NCBI GenBank assembly: GCA_963837465.1
Contig: CAWINB010000001.1
Span: forward strand, 11,915 to 75,914
Direction: 5' to 3'
Source: Candidatus Doudnabacteria bacterium
Lineage (GTDB): Bacteria; Patescibacteriota; Doudnabacteria; UBA920
Length of the DNA stretch: 64,000 nt
Made by a program: the position numbers and the translations under genes. The notes beneath the pieces were generated by a model. That model saw only the letters and a program-made list of their open reading frames with translations, did not search any database and was not told where the DNA came from. Shown here piece after piece: positions 1-11,497 of the stretch (the stretch's first letter is position 1; each line of letters opens with the position of its first letter).

Positions 1-292
1 GTCCAACCGCGTGCGGACGCTTCTGGAGCACCACTTCGCCCTGGAGAAGGCGTTCCCGGTCAAGAAGCGGCGTGCCCAGGACATCGTCAAGGCGGTGGCC
101 AACCGCGCGGGGATCACCAAGGACGTGAGCCCGCACGTGCTTCGGCATACCTTCGCCACGACAGCCTTGCAGAAGGGCATCAGCCTGGCGACGGTCCAGA
201 AGATCCTGGGCCACGACCGGCTCCAGACGACGGCCATCTACCTCAATTTCACCGACACCCACATCCAGGAGGAGTTCGAGCGGAAGTGGTGA
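1..292 (+). CDS. tyrosine recombinase, C-terminal part (5' truncated by window); probable resolvase of the Tn3 element
   Basis: SPHVLRHTFAT...ILGHDRLQTTAIY catalytic H-x-x-R / H / Y motifs; directly upstream of tnpA. Confidence 0.9.
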   Translation, partial: SNRVRTLLEHHFALEKAFPVKKRRAQDIVKAVANRAGITKDVSPHVLRHTFATTALQKGISLATVQKILGHDRLQTTAIYLNFTDTHIQEEFERKW

Positions 293-382
293 GGACGAAC
301 CGGAGGAGCGGCCGTCCAGCAAACTCGATGGCCCCGGGTCTGTTATCCGCTCCGTTGCTACCGGAACCGCGAAGGAGCCCGG

Positions 383-3300
383 ATGCCCGTCGATTTTCTG
401 ACCGCGGAGCAGCAGAGGAAGTACGGCCGCTACGCCGGCGAACCCTCGCCCGCCCAACTCGGTCGCTACTTCCATCTCGACGACGCCGATCGCGCGGTGT
501 TGACGACGCGGCGTGGCGATCACAACCGGCTGGGCTTTGCCCTGCAACTGGGAACGGTCCGGTTCCTGGGGACGTTCCTCGACAATCCCACCGAGGTCCC
601 TGGCGCCGTCGTCGCCCATGTCGCCAGGCAGTTGGCGATCACCGACCTGACGTGCCTGAGACGCTACGGCGTCGGCGAGACCCACTGGGACCATGTCAAT
701 GAGATCAAGGCGGCCTATGGTTACCGAGATTTCTCCGACCAGCCCGGCCATTCCCGGCTGATCCGCTGGCTCTATGCCCGCGCCTGGGTCAGCGCCGAGC
801 GGCCCAGCCTGCTGTTCGACCTGGCGACGGCCTGGCTGGTCGAGCGCAAGGTCTTGCTGCCGGGCGTCACCGTCCTGGCACGCGAGGTCGCCCAGGCACG
901 TGATCGGGCGGCGGCCCGCCTCTGGCGTGTCCTCGCCAACGCCCCCAACGCCGGGCAGCGCGAACGGCTGGAGGCGTTGCTGGTCGTGCCCGAAGGTGCC
1001 CGCCAGAGCCATCTGGACCGGCTTCGCCGTGCGCCGACCCGGGTGAGCGGTCCGAGTCTGGTCGCCGCCCTGAGGCGGCTCGAAGAGATCCGCGCCCTGG
1101 GCGTCGCGGAACTCGACCTGTCGCGGGTACCCGCGGGTCGGCTCAAAGCCCTGGCCCGTCATGCCGCCACGTCCTGGGCGGCGGTGATCGCGCGGATGCC
1201 CTCGGACCGGCGGGTCGCCACCCTGCTGGCCTTTGCCCGGGCCTTCGAGGCGACGGCGTTGGACGACGCCTTGGACCTGCTGGACCTGATCATCACGGAT
1301 CTGCTGGCCCAGGCCAAGCTCGCCGGAGAAAAGGAACGACTTCGCACGCTCGGCGATCTGGATACGGCCGCTTTGCAACTCCGCGACGTCTGCACCGTCC
1401 TGCTCGACGAGGCTTGTAGCTCAGCCCGGGTGCGATCCTTGGCCTTCGCACGCGTCCCCAGGCCCCAACTCGCGGAGGCGGTGGCCCTGGTCGAGAGGCT
1501 GGCGCGGCCCCCGGAAGACGACTACCAGAGCGAACTGCTCGATCGTTACCGTCGCGTCCGCCGCTTTTGGCCCTACCTGCTCCGGACCGTCACGTTTCAG
1601 GGCACCCAAGCCGGCCGGCCGCTGACGCACGCGCTGAGCGTCCTGGCCGCTTGGGAGGACCAACGCGAGCCCGATCTCTCCCAAGCCCCCTTGGACGTGG
1701 TGTCGCGTGCCTGGCGGCGATTCGTGATCGGTCCGGACCGGACGATCGACCGCCGCGCCTACACCCTATGCGTGCTGCAGCGGCTCCAGGACGGCCTCCG
1801 CCGTCGCGACGTGTTCGTCGAACGTAGCGAACGCTGGGGCGACCCTCGGGCCAAGCTCTTGCAGGGGACGGAGTGGGAAGCGGCCCGGTCCCAGGTCTGT
1901 CTCAGTTTGGGTCGCCAGGCGACCGCCGCCGCCGAACTGGAATCACTCCGCCGCCAGCTCGACGACGCCTATCGACGGACCGCCGACAATCTCCCGGCCA
2001 ACGAGGCCGTCCGCATCGAGGTCGTCGCGGGGCGCGACTCGCTGACACTGACCCCGCTGGACAAACTGGACGAACCCGCCGGCCTGCGGACGCTCCGCCA
2101 GGCGGTGGCCGATTTGCTCCCACGCGTGGACCTGCCGGACGTCCTCCTGGAAATCCAGGCCAGGACCAACTTCGCCGAGGCGTTCACCCACGTCAGCGAG
2201 GCCGAGGCCCGCGTGACCGATCTGGCGGTCAGCGTTTGCGCGGTGCTGCTGGCCGAGGCCTGCAACATCGGGTTGGAGCCGCTGACCCGCCCCGAGGTCC
2301 CGGCCCTGACCCGCGGTCGACTCGCCTGGGTCCAGCAGAACTACATCCGGGCCGAGACCTTGATCCGCGCCAACGCCCTCCTGGTCGATGCCCAAACCAA
2401 AGATCCCGCTGGCGGGGGCCTGGGGCGGGGGAGAGGTCGCCTCGGCCGACGGCCTGCGTTTCGTGGTACCGGTCCGCACCGTCAACGCCGGGCCCAACAG
2501 CAAGTACTTCGGGGCCGGCCGAGGGATCACCTATTACAACTTCACCTCCGACCAGTTCACCGGGTTCCACGGCATCGTGATCCCCGGCACGCTCCGCGAC
2601 TCGCTGTTCATTCTGGAAGGCTTGTTGGAACAACAGACGAGCCTGCGTCCTCTGGAAATCATGAGCGATACGGCGGGGGCCAGCGACGTGGTCTTCGGCC
2701 TGTTCTGGCTTCTGGGCTACCAGTTCAGCCCCAGGCTGGCCGACGTCGGCGAGGCCCGGTTCTGGCGCATGGACCCCGCCGCCAACCACGGGGCGATGAA
2801 CGGTCTGGCGCGGCACCGAGTCAACACCGAGCTGATCGCCCGGAACTGGGACGACATGCTACGGGTGGCGGGGTCGTTGGCTCGGGGGACCATCAGCGCC
2901 TCGGAGTTGATCGGCTCGCTGCTGCGGAGCAGCCGTCCCTCGACCCTGACGCGGGCGATCGGCGAGTTGGGGCGGGTGGCCAAGACGCTCTACCTGCTGT
3001 CCTACCTCGACGACGAGACTTACCGCCGGCGCATCCTCACGCAGTTGAACCGCGGGGAGAGTCGCCACGGCGTGGCCCGGGCGATCTTCCACGGCCAGCG
3101 CGGCGAAGTCCGCCAACGCTATCGCGAGGGCCAGGAAGACCAACTCGGGGCGTTGGGACTGGTCGTCAACGTGGTGGTGCTCTGGAACACCCTGTACATG
3201 GACGCGGCGCTCGCCCATCTGCGCCGCCAGGACGTCGAGACGAAACCCGAGGATGTCGCCCGCCTCTCCCCCTTGGGGCACGAGAACATCAACTTCTTGG

Positions 3301-3404
3301 GAAGATACTCATTCGCGTTGTCGGAATCCGTCGCCCGCGGCGAGTTGCGACCGTTCCACAACCCGGAGGACGCAGGGAGCCAGGTCGGGCCGAACGCGGC
3401 TTAA
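383..3404 (+). CDS. tnpA: Tn3-family transposase with one frameshift at ~2400
   Basis: MPVDFLT...[10 protein letters not shown]-terminus in ORF 383; DDE domain ([26 protein letters not shown]) in ORF 2388..3404; extra A in an A-run at ~2400. Confidence 0.93.
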
Positions 3405-3437
3405 CCCGACTTTCTGTTCCGATGATTGTCGGACCCC
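3400..3437 (-). mobile_element. 38-bp Tn3 terminal inverted repeat (right end)
   Basis: Reverse complement GGGGTCCGACAATCATCGGAACAGAAAGTCGGGTTAAG: 38 bp with the GGGG...TAAG Tn3 pattern, overlapping the tnpA stop. Confidence 0.88.
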
Positions 3438-3438
3438 C

Positions 3439-3540
3439 CTGATGGGCCACGAGTCGCTGGAAACCACCCGCCGCTACATCCAGCCCGGCCACGACGACCT
3501 GGCCGCGGCCGTCGAGCGCATCGCCGGCGGGGAGGAGTGA
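3439..3540 (+). pseudogene. 3' remnant of a second tyrosine recombinase interrupted by the Tn3 insertion
   Basis: [17 protein letters not shown]...* (box II His/Tyr) begins immediately outside the IR. Confidence 0.8.
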
Positions 3541-4374
3541 GCGGCGCACGGCGAAACCTTGCGCTAACGACACAACCTCACCTCTGCCGCCCAGGGCCAA
3601 GGGTAGCCAGCGAGGCGCGGAAGCAGCGAACTCGCGAAGAGTTTGTCCATCGCCCTGCGGCATCGCTGCGGCCCTCAACACCCAGGACCACAAGACCCGT
3701 CGCGATTGACCTTAGCTCGCCCGGTAATATTCGACTGGCTTGTGCTCGATACCGGCCCGCCCGCCGGCATCGGTTTCAACACCACCGACCCGACCGTCCC
3801 GGCGCCGATCGCCGCCACGAACCCGCCCCGACCGGCCGGATTCGGCCACCCGGCTCCCGATCGAAGGCCGACGAGCCCACGACGGGCCGGAAACGACCGT
3901 CTGAACCGTTCGGATGAGCTCGCAAGTCGCAAATCGCGCCGACCCGACCCGAAAATCCGGTCGGGGCGGTAACGCCTAAAAATGGAGCTTGACCCCATTC
4001 GTTACGCATACTAAAATGCGTAGATTACGCAAATTTCCGCAGCGGCGCGGTAGATTAAGACGGCAGAGTCCCGTCAGCAAGCTTAAAAACCCAGAAGTCC
4101 GGGCCGGGCGGATCGTCCCACGAACCCCTTGCATCTGAGCCACCATCACGAGACGATGGGAGGGCACAAACGGAAACGGCCAGGAGCCATCAACTCCCAG
4201 CCGCTCTTGACTCGGTTTCGACCTCATGGGGAGGCCGGCCGATCGCCGTGCGCCCTTAACAGCAGAAGGGACGCAATCGATGACCATCATACACCGCGGG
4301 CCGTCCCCGGGGAAGGGGACGGCCGTTGGGGTTTGCGCACTCAGGCCGGGACTCACCGGCCGGGGAGGTGCACC

Positions 4375-5086
4375 ATGAGTGCATCGGCCCTCTTCGCCAA
4401 GAACGGCGACTTCTACATCCCCGTCACCGTCCAGCTCGCACAGATCCCACGGGGCGACCGCACCGCTGCCTGGCTGGTCTACTCCGCACTGGTCGACAAC
4501 CTCCGGCCCGGACAGACCGTCCTCGGCGAGCGGTTCACCGACCGGGTCCTCCGCCAAAGCCCCTGGCTGCATGGGTACAGTTACCGGTTCGTCCAGAAGG
4601 GGCTCCACGTCCTCGAGCAGTGGGGGATCATCAAACGGGAACGCGGGCACGGCCGACGGATCATCACCTTCACCGGCCGCCTCAGGCCCTCGGGCAAGAC
4701 CGCCAGACCCGAGCCCAAATCCCCCGACAAGCCCAAGCCCAAGCCCAAGCCCGGACCCGCACCAGGACCGGACAGCACGCCCCTGACTCCCGAGCAGATC
4801 GCCGCCGCCGACAGGGCCCTCCAGCAGAAGTATGCCCAGGCCCAGGCCGAGGCTGACGACGACCCCGAGATCCAGGCCCAGGCCGACCAGTGGCGACAGC
4901 GCGGCGCCGAGCTCGCACGAAATGCGCAGCGAGAAGGCCAAAGCCAAGCAGGCCAAGCTCGAGGACCAGGCCCCCAAGAATCCAGAGGCCACCCGGGCCG
5001 AGGTCCAGGCACTCATCGCCGGACTGGCCGCCGCCATGAGGCCTCCCGAGGACCACGGCAAGCCACACGACCCCTCCGGACCCTGA
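4375..5086 (+). CDS. putative plasmid replication/wHTH protein (frameshift near 4935)
   Basis: GGAGG RBS then ATG; HTH-like SYRFVQKGLHVLEQWGIIKRERG; PKPKP linker; C-terminus continues in ORF 4832..5086; lies near parA. Confidence 0.5.
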
Positions 5087-5814
5087 CCCTCAGGACCAAC
5101 GGGCGATCACCCGAAACGCGACGGCCGCCCACCCCGTAGACGCTAACGCCGAGCCAGCCTGACCGACGTGCACCTATCCGCACGGTCGGTCTTGGTGCCG
5201 CACTCCACTCATGCACACCACCAAACCGCGGTCAACCCATCAACAAATCCATGTTCTTTTCTTTACGACCCATGCTATCGCACCGACGAACGATTGCACC
5301 CACATCAGGGCGCAGGTGCAATCGCACCACGGTGCGGTTTTCTTAATGGAGTCTATAGCGCAAGACTAAAACCTCACGTCGGCTTGAGGCGGCCTATGGC
5401 CTGCCGACGTGGCGCAGGAGGGAGTCGCGCGAACACCTGGCGAGATGGCGGCAGCCCAGGAAACCCCCGGCCGTCGTGCATCCACGCAATCATGGAAACC
5501 ACTCCCCTGCCCTTCGCCGCCGGCCTGGTTTCCGACGGCCGCGCCCGGCGGCTCCCCAGCCCCGTCCTGGGCCGTGCGGGCGTCGGGCCGAGGGATCGGG
5601 CGGGCGGGCCGGCGGTCGCGGCAGAGACGGGCGGGGAGGGCCATTCCGGAGACGGGACGGCAACGCACCGGAGATCCCCCCTGCCCTGTCTCACCTCGGA
5701 TGGAGTAATGCCGAGTTTCTCGGACCCGGCCGGCCGACACCTCAAACTTACGACGTCATCGGCCAGGGCGTCCCAGGCATATCGACGGCAGCCCGGCCCA
5801 TCATACTCAGAACC

Positions 5815-6600
5815 CAGAGGACCACGGTTCCATAGACCCTCGGGCCTCAGAGCACATGGGCTCCTGATACCCTGGTTCTCGGGACATATCGGCTCAGAGT
5901 TCCTGGAGCCTGAAAGCCTATGAAGCCGCGGGACTTCAGGCTCGGAGGCCTCCCGGCCCGTGAGATTTCAGCCCCATGGGCACGCGAGTCCCCAGGCTCG
6001 TGAGCCCGCGATACCCTGGCCCTCGAGAACGATGGGCTCAGAATTCTTGGAGGCTGAAGGCTCATGAAACCGCGGGATTTCAGGATCGTAAGTCTTTGGG
6101 CCTGCGACCATTTCGGGACCACGGGCGTTCGGGTTCGTGGGATTTCAGGTCCATAGGCCCGCGGCACCGAAGGCTCCAGGGTGAACAATCCCGCGGGCTT
6201 GCGGACTTCTGGGCTCGCAGATCTCTAGGCTCGCGACCCTCTAGGCTCGCGACCTTCTGAGCCCATAGCGCTTCGGGCCTGGGGACCTCTGGGCCCGTGA
6301 GCTTCCGAGCCCATGGGGCTTCGGGCCTGGGAACTTCCACGCCCGCGAGCTTTCAGGACCGTAGACCTTCAGGACCGCAGCCTTCTGGACCCACGAGCTT
6401 CCGAGACCGCAGCGCTTCGAGCCCGAGGACTTCCAGGTCCGCGAGCTTTCAGGACCGTAGACTTTTAGGACCGCAGCCTTCTGGGCTCACGAGTTTCCGG
6501 GACCGCAGAGCTTCGGGTCTGGAGCCTTCCAGGCCCGCGAGCTTCCGGGCCCGCAGCGCTTCGAGCCTGAAACCCCGCGGGCTCCCGGTCCTTCGATGCG
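5815..6600. repeat. degenerate 8/16-bp periodic array, candidate partition centromere or iterons
   Basis: Units such as gctttcaggaccgtag / accttcaggaccgcag / gcttccgagaccgcag; 96-bp higher-order duplication at ~6344 and ~6440. Confidence 0.8.
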
Positions 6601-6659
6601 GAAAGCCTCAAGGCTTGCGGGGTCATAGCCGATGAGGAGACACAGCAGGGAGGTAGGGC

Positions 6660-7478
6660 ATGCGTTCCATCGCGCTGGTGTCCGAAAAAGGCGGGTGCGG
6701 CAAGTCAACGACGGTCCTCAACACGGCGGCCTGCATGGCAGCCGGTGGGCTCCGGGTCCTCGTGGTGGACACGGACCCCCAGGCGAATTCCAGCTACGTC
6801 CTCCTCCGCGGGGAGAAGCCACGCCGGCCGGCGCTCCTGGAGGTTCTCGCGGCCGAGGCGGAGGCCCGGGAGGCCATCGTCCCATCCCCATCCTTCGCAG
6901 GCGTGGACCTCCTGCCGGCGGACCCGACGCTGGCGGACGCCACGGTCATGCTGGCGAACGAGGTGGGACGGGAACGACGCCTCCGCGTGGCGCTCGAGGA
7001 GATCGGGGACGACTACGACATCATCCTCGTGGACACGGCCCCCACGCGGTCGCTCATCACGACGAACGTTCTGAACTTCGCGGAGGAGATCCTGGTCCCG
7101 ATCGCTCCGGGACTCTTCGGCGTCCTCGGCCTCGGCCAGCTCCAGGCGGACGTCGCCCAGGTCCGGCGGTTCCTGGACAACAAGGCCCTCCGCATCGGCG
7201 GGATCCTGCTGACGATGGTGGAGAAGAACAACGTGGCCAAGGACCTCGAAGGGCAGCTCCGCCAGCTCTTCGGCGAGCTCGTCTTCCGGACCAAGATCCC
7301 GCGATCCATCAAGCTCGAAGAGGCGCACTTCCGCCACGAGTCCATTCTGGCCTACGCCCCCCGGAGCGTCGGGGCGGAGGCCTACAAGGCCCTCACGCAG
7401 GAGATCCTGGACCATGGCCGAGAAGAAAACCGGATTGACGGTACCCGCGGGAATCCTTCAACCCACCACGCCGCTTGA
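6660..7478 (+). CDS. parA: ParA/Soj partition ATPase
   Basis: KGGCGKST deviant Walker A, VDTDPQAN, DTAP motifs. Confidence 0.95.
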   Translation: MRSIALVSEKGGCGKSTTVLNTAACMAAGGLRVLVVDTDPQANSSYVLLRGEKPRRPALLEVLAAEAEAREAIVPSPSFAGVDLLPADPTLADATVMLANEVGRERRLRVALEEIGDDYDIILVDTAPTRSLITTNVLNFAEEILVPIAPGLFGVLGLGQLQADVAQVRRFLDNKALRIGGILLTMVEKNNVAKDLEGQLRQLFGELVFRTKIPRSIKLEEAHFRHESILAYAPRSVGAEAYKALTQEILDHGREENRIDGTRGNPSTHHAA

Positions 7479-7746
7479 AGACCCATCGGCCGAGGAAGGG
7501 CAGGGGGACGGCCCCGCCCGGGACGAGGGCCAGGAATCCCGAGCGGCCTCCAAGGCGGCCCGGAAAAATAAGGTCACGGACAAGGCCAGCTCCGGGAAGG
7601 TCGAAGGGCGGCGGCTCTACCTGTCGGAAGGCGTCCACTTCCGGCTCCGGCTTTATGCCTACCAGCGCGGTCAGAAACTCTCCGACGCGGCGGAGGAACT
7701 CCTCGACCGGTCCTTGCCGAAATGGGACGTCAGCCGGGTAGGGTAG
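7414..7746 (+). CDS. putative ribbon-helix-helix partition protein (ParG-like)
   Basis: Disordered N-terminus then RRLYLSEGVHFRLRLYAYQRGQKLSDAAEELL; overlaps parA end. Confidence 0.6.
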   Translation: MAEKKTGLTVPAGILQPTTPLEDPSAEEGQGDGPARDEGQESRAASKAARKNKVTDKASSGKVEGRRLYLSEGVHFRLRLYAYQRGQKLSDAAEELLDRSLPKWDVSRVG

Positions 7747-7852
7747 GGCGGGGGGAGAACCCCCTCCTCAGAACCGGCATCACCCGGAGAGTCGGGCGAG
7801 GCCGGAACGCCGTAGGGCAGGGGAGGCTGCCAAGGACAACCCAGGAGGCCGC

Positions 7853-8088
7853 GTGATGAGCAAGCGGGACGAATCGAGGAAAGCCTCTCGGGAGGTCGCT
7901 TTGGAGTCGATGGGATGTCCCCAGGCCGTCGTCAACGAGAAGGGCAAGGGCCGCAAGCTGACGCTGCCCGACAGCGTCTTCGACCGGCTGGTGCTCACGG
8001 CGATCCAGCGCGGGTACACCGCCTCGGCGATCGCCGCGGAGATCCTCGACCGGAACCTGCCAGGCTCCGAATCGCCAGCGATGAATAA
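7853..8088 (+). CDS. second RHH-like protein (frameshift near 3' end)
   Basis: RKLTLPDSVFDRLVLTAIQRGYTASAIAAEILDRNLP, paralogous to its neighbours. Confidence 0.55.
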
Positions 8089-8303
8089 GCCAGGGCCGAG
8101 AAAGCTTCAGCGCAGCCAGGCGCATCCGGGGCCGGACGATCTACCTGCCGGACGACCTGTTCGAGCGGATCCTGGTCCAGGCCCATCGCCGCGACCGGAC
8201 CATCAGCGAGTACATCGCCGGCATCCTCGAGCGCCAGGTCCCCGACCACCGGATCGCCCGCGCCGAGCCGGCCAGCGAGTCGACCGAGGCCGGGACGGCG
8301 TAG
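8081..8303 (+). CDS. third RHH-like protein (frameshift near 5' end)
   Basis: Manual translation from 8121: RIRGRTIYLPDDLFERILVQAHRRDRTISEYIAGILERQVP...TAG 8303. Confidence 0.55.
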
Positions 8304-8436
8304 GTCCTGTGGGGCAGGGGAGGGCCCTGATGGTCGAGAATGCGTGCTATTGGAGTTCATTTTTTTCGTTGCAGTTCCCCACAAGACGTGCAATAATCCC
8401 TCGGTAGTTCTTGTTATTCACCGAGGAATCATTGCA

Positions 8437-9045
8437 ATGGCCGAGCCGGCCACCAAGATGAAAGCGGCGTTGGAGCTGGTCCGCGAGCAAGGGATGCTCC
8501 GGCCCCGCGACCTGTCCCGGCGCGACATCCCGCCCGACTACCTGGACCGCCTCTACCGGCTCGGGCGGGTCAACCGCGTCGCGCGGGGCCTCTACGCCTG
8601 GCCGGATGCCGAGGTGGGCGAGCACCATAGCCTCGCCGAGGCCGCGCGCCTCGTCCCCGCGGGGGTTGTCTGCCTCCTGTCGGCGCTGCGGTTCCACCGG
8701 CTGACCACCCAGTCACCCCGCGAGGTGTGGCTCACCCTCCCGAGCAAGGCGTGGGCCCCGAAGCTCGAGTACCCGAGGCTCCGGATCATCCGGGCCGGCG
8801 GCCCGGCGCTGACGGCGATGGTCGAGGAACACCGGATCGAAGGGGTCCCCGTGCGGATCTACGCGCCGGCCAAGACGGTGGCCGATTGCTTCAAGCATCG
8901 CAGCAAGGTCGGGCTGGACGTGGCCCTCGAAGCCCTCCGCGACGCCTTCCGGGGACGGAAGGCGACGATGGACGAGCTGTGGGCCGCGGCCCGCGTCTGC
9001 CGGATGGAGAACGTGATGCGGCCCTACCTGGAGTCCCTGGTATGA
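8437..9045 (+). CDS. abiEi: AbiEi type IV toxin-antitoxin antitoxin
   Basis: VARGLY, GVVCLLSALRFH, KTVADCFKHRSKVGLDVALEAL, VMRPYLESL motifs. Confidence 0.9.
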   Translation: MAEPATKMKAALELVREQGMLRPRDLSRRDIPPDYLDRLYRLGRVNRVARGLYAWPDAEVGEHHSLAEAARLVPAGVVCLLSALRFHRLTTQSPREVWLTLPSKAWAPKLEYPRLRIIRAGGPALTAMVEEHRIEGVPVRIYAPAKTVADCFKHRSKVGLDVALEALRDAFRGRKATMDELWAAARVCRMENVMRPYLESLV

Positions 9046-9963
9046 CGCGGGGGAATCCGAAGGACATGGCGGCCTCGGTGCGACAGCGGCTGCTCAACCT
9101 CAGCCGCCAATCGGGGGAGGACTTCCAGCGGCTGCTGACCCGGTATGGGATGGAGCGGTTCCTCGACCGGCTGTCCCGCTCGGAGCACGCCCCGCGGTTC
9201 GTGCTCAAAGGGGCCCTGCTGTTCGCGCTCTGGACGGGCGAGCTCCTCCGGCCGACGCGGGACCTCGATCTGCTGGGATTCGGCGACAGCAGCGCCGAGG
9301 GCATCGCCGAGGTCTTCCGATCGCTCTGCGCCTGGAAGTGGCGGACGACGGGCTGGTGTTCTCCGCCGAGACGGTGTCCGTCGAGCCGATCCGCGAGGAT
9401 CAGGAATACGGCGGCCAGCGGGTGAAATTCGAGGCGCGCTCGGGCAAGCCCGGATCGACCTCCAGGTCGACATCGGCTTCGGGGACGCGATCACGCCGGG
9501 GGCGGAGTCCGTCGCATACCCGACGCTGCTGGGCATGGAACCGCCGCGGCTCCGCGCCTACCCGCGCGAGACGGTGGTGGCGGAGAAGCTCGAGGCGCTG
9601 GTGAAGTTGGGGATGGCCAACAGCCGGATGAAGGACTTCTTCGACCTGGCCGTCCTGGGCCGGTCGTTCGCGTTCCAGGGCCCGGTCCTACGGGATGCGA
9701 TCGTCGCGACGTTCCGGCGCCGGGGGACGGCGGTCCCGACGGAGCTGCCGATCGCCCTGGGCGATGCCTTCGCCAAGGATGGGGCGAAGCTGGTGCAATG
9801 GAAGGCGTTCGTGAGCCGCAATGGCCTGGAGGGGAGGGCAGGGGATCTGGGGCAGGTGGTTGGCGAACTGGTCGGGTTCCTCGGCCCGCCGCTGATCGCG
9901 GCAGCGAAGGGAGAGGGGTTCGAGTGGCGGTGGGAACCGGCCGGTCCGTGGCAGCGGGCATGA
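9042..9963 (+). CDS. abiEii: AbiEii nucleotidyltransferase toxin (two frameshifts)
   Basis: ASVRQRLLN, FVLKGALL, RPTRDLDLL, DIGFGD, AEKLEA, NSRMKDFFD split over three frames. Confidence 0.88.
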
Positions 9964-10021
9964 ACGGTCCACAAGCACCCGGATAGTGAAGGCATCGCAT
10001 CCCCGCCGGCCCGGTTGGGAC

Positions 10022-10103
10022 ATCGCGGCCCGTCCGTCAGCCGGGCAGGGGAACCCGTCCGGCCCGGGCTCGCTTCGTCACCCGGATCCGGGCCGGGCCG
10101 CCG
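10022..10103 (+). repeat. ~82-bp direct repeat, copy 1, upstream of Uma2 gene 1
   Basis: atcgcggccc...gggctcgcttcgtcacccggatccgggccgggccgccg repeated at 11297. Confidence 0.8.
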
Positions 10104-10311
10104 CGGACGGAGCGGTCGCGGCCCCGGGCGATGTCGCCCCGCTCGTCCAGCGGGATGTTCCGTCGAGGCCCTTGAGATCAGGGGGATTTCCCGGGGAAAC
10201 ACCCAACGCGGGCCGTCCGGTGGGAGACGGTCTTGCGGGCCACGGCCGGATCGAACAGGATGGCTGTCAGGGCAGAAACCGCGGCCCCATTCCGGAGACG
10301 GAGCAAACCCC

Positions 10312-10965
10312 ATGTCCACGGCCACAACGACTCGACCGACAGTCTCATCCCCGCCCCCTGGACGCCGCCACTCCACCGGATCACCGTCGACGAGTACGAG
10401 CGGATCATCGAGGCGGGTGCGCTGGAAGATCCCGGCCGGGTCGAACTCATCGACGGCTAGATGGTGGACAAGATGGGGAAGAACGCGGAGCATCGCTACA
10501 CCACCAAGAAGATCCTCAAGGCGCTGGACGGCCGACTGCCGCCGGATGGACGTCGCGAAGGAGGAGCCGGTGCGGATCCCCGCCTATGACGAGCCGGAGC
10601 CGGACGTCGCGATCATCCGGGGCACCGACGCCGATTACGAACATCGGATCCCCACGGCCGCCGACGTGGCGCTGCTGGTCGAGGTCTCCGACTCGACGCT
10701 GGTCCAGGACCGCGGCAAGAGGCTCTCGGCCTATGCAAGGGGCAGGATCCCCGTCTACTGGATCGTCAACCTGGTCAACCGCCAGGTCGAGGTGTACTCC
10801 CGGCCGGGGAAGAGCGGTTACCGGTCTCACAAGATCTTCGCATCCGGCGAGCAAGTCCCGGTCACGATCGGCGGCCAGCAGCTCCGCCCGATCGCCGTCG
10901 ATAACCTGCTCCCCCGCCGCAAAGCCACCGAGGGCAAGGGCCGGCCCAAGGGTAACGGGGCATGA
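10312..10965 (+). pseudogene. Uma2 (DUF820) PD-(D/E)xK nuclease-like protein with frameshifts and an in-frame TAG
   Basis: LHRITVDEYERI, VELIDG, EPEPDVAI, LLVEVSDST, IPVYWIVNL; TAG at 10458. Confidence 0.85.
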
Positions 10966-10968
10966 CCG

Positions 10969-11202
10969 ATGCCCAAGCCCATCCCCAAGCCACCGCGTGC
11001 CGAGGAGGTCCTGGCGGCGGTCGCGGCCCGGTACCCGGCCGGCGCGACGGTCACGCGGTCGGATGATCGCCGAGGTCGGCGGCGTCAACCTGGCGACGGC
11101 GGGTCAGATCCGCCAGTGGGTACGGCGCATGGGCGATGGCCGTTCGCCGACGGCAAGGGGGAGCCCGACCCCGTCAGGTCCGGCCCATCGGCCCGTCGCT
11201 GA
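10969..11202 (+). CDS. small HTH-like protein, copy 1 (frameshifted)
   Basis: MPKPIPKPPRAEEVLAAVAARYPAGATVT..MIAEVGGVNLATAGQIRQW; near-identical to 12124. Confidence 0.55.
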   Translation: MPKPIPKPPRAEEVLAAVAARYPAGATVTRSDDRRGRRRQPGDGGSDPPVGTAHGRWPFADGKGEPDPVRSGPSARR

Positions 11203-11296
11203 CCGGGACGGATTGGTCATAGATCGCCGATCAACCGAGCGGTGCGTCCACTCGTCAGATGGGTCCAGTCGGGAGAGCTCCGGCGGCTCGGCGACG

Positions 11297-11381
11297 ATCG
11301 CGGCCCGCCCGTCGGCCGGGCAGGGGGGCCGCCCGGCCGGGCCGGGCTCGCTTCGTCACCCGGATCCGGGCCGGGCCGCCG
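11297..11381 (+). repeat. direct repeat, copy 2, upstream of Uma2 gene 2
   Basis: Matches 10022..10103. Confidence 0.8.
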
Positions 11382-11497
11382 GAAGATGTTGACGTCCCCG
11401 GCCGGCCTGTGAGTCAATGGATGTATCGGCGAGTCATGCTGATCCGCGGACCATCACCGCCACGCAAGGAAGATGACACTCGGTCGGAGTGAATCCC

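Noticed and set aside
5815-6600. CRISPR array
   Set aside because: There is no constant repeat with unique spacers and no cas genes; the periodicity is continuous and short.
10458-10460. TAG readthrough or alternative genetic code
   Set aside because: It is a single instance in an already frameshifted gene, and other genes use TAG as a normal stop.
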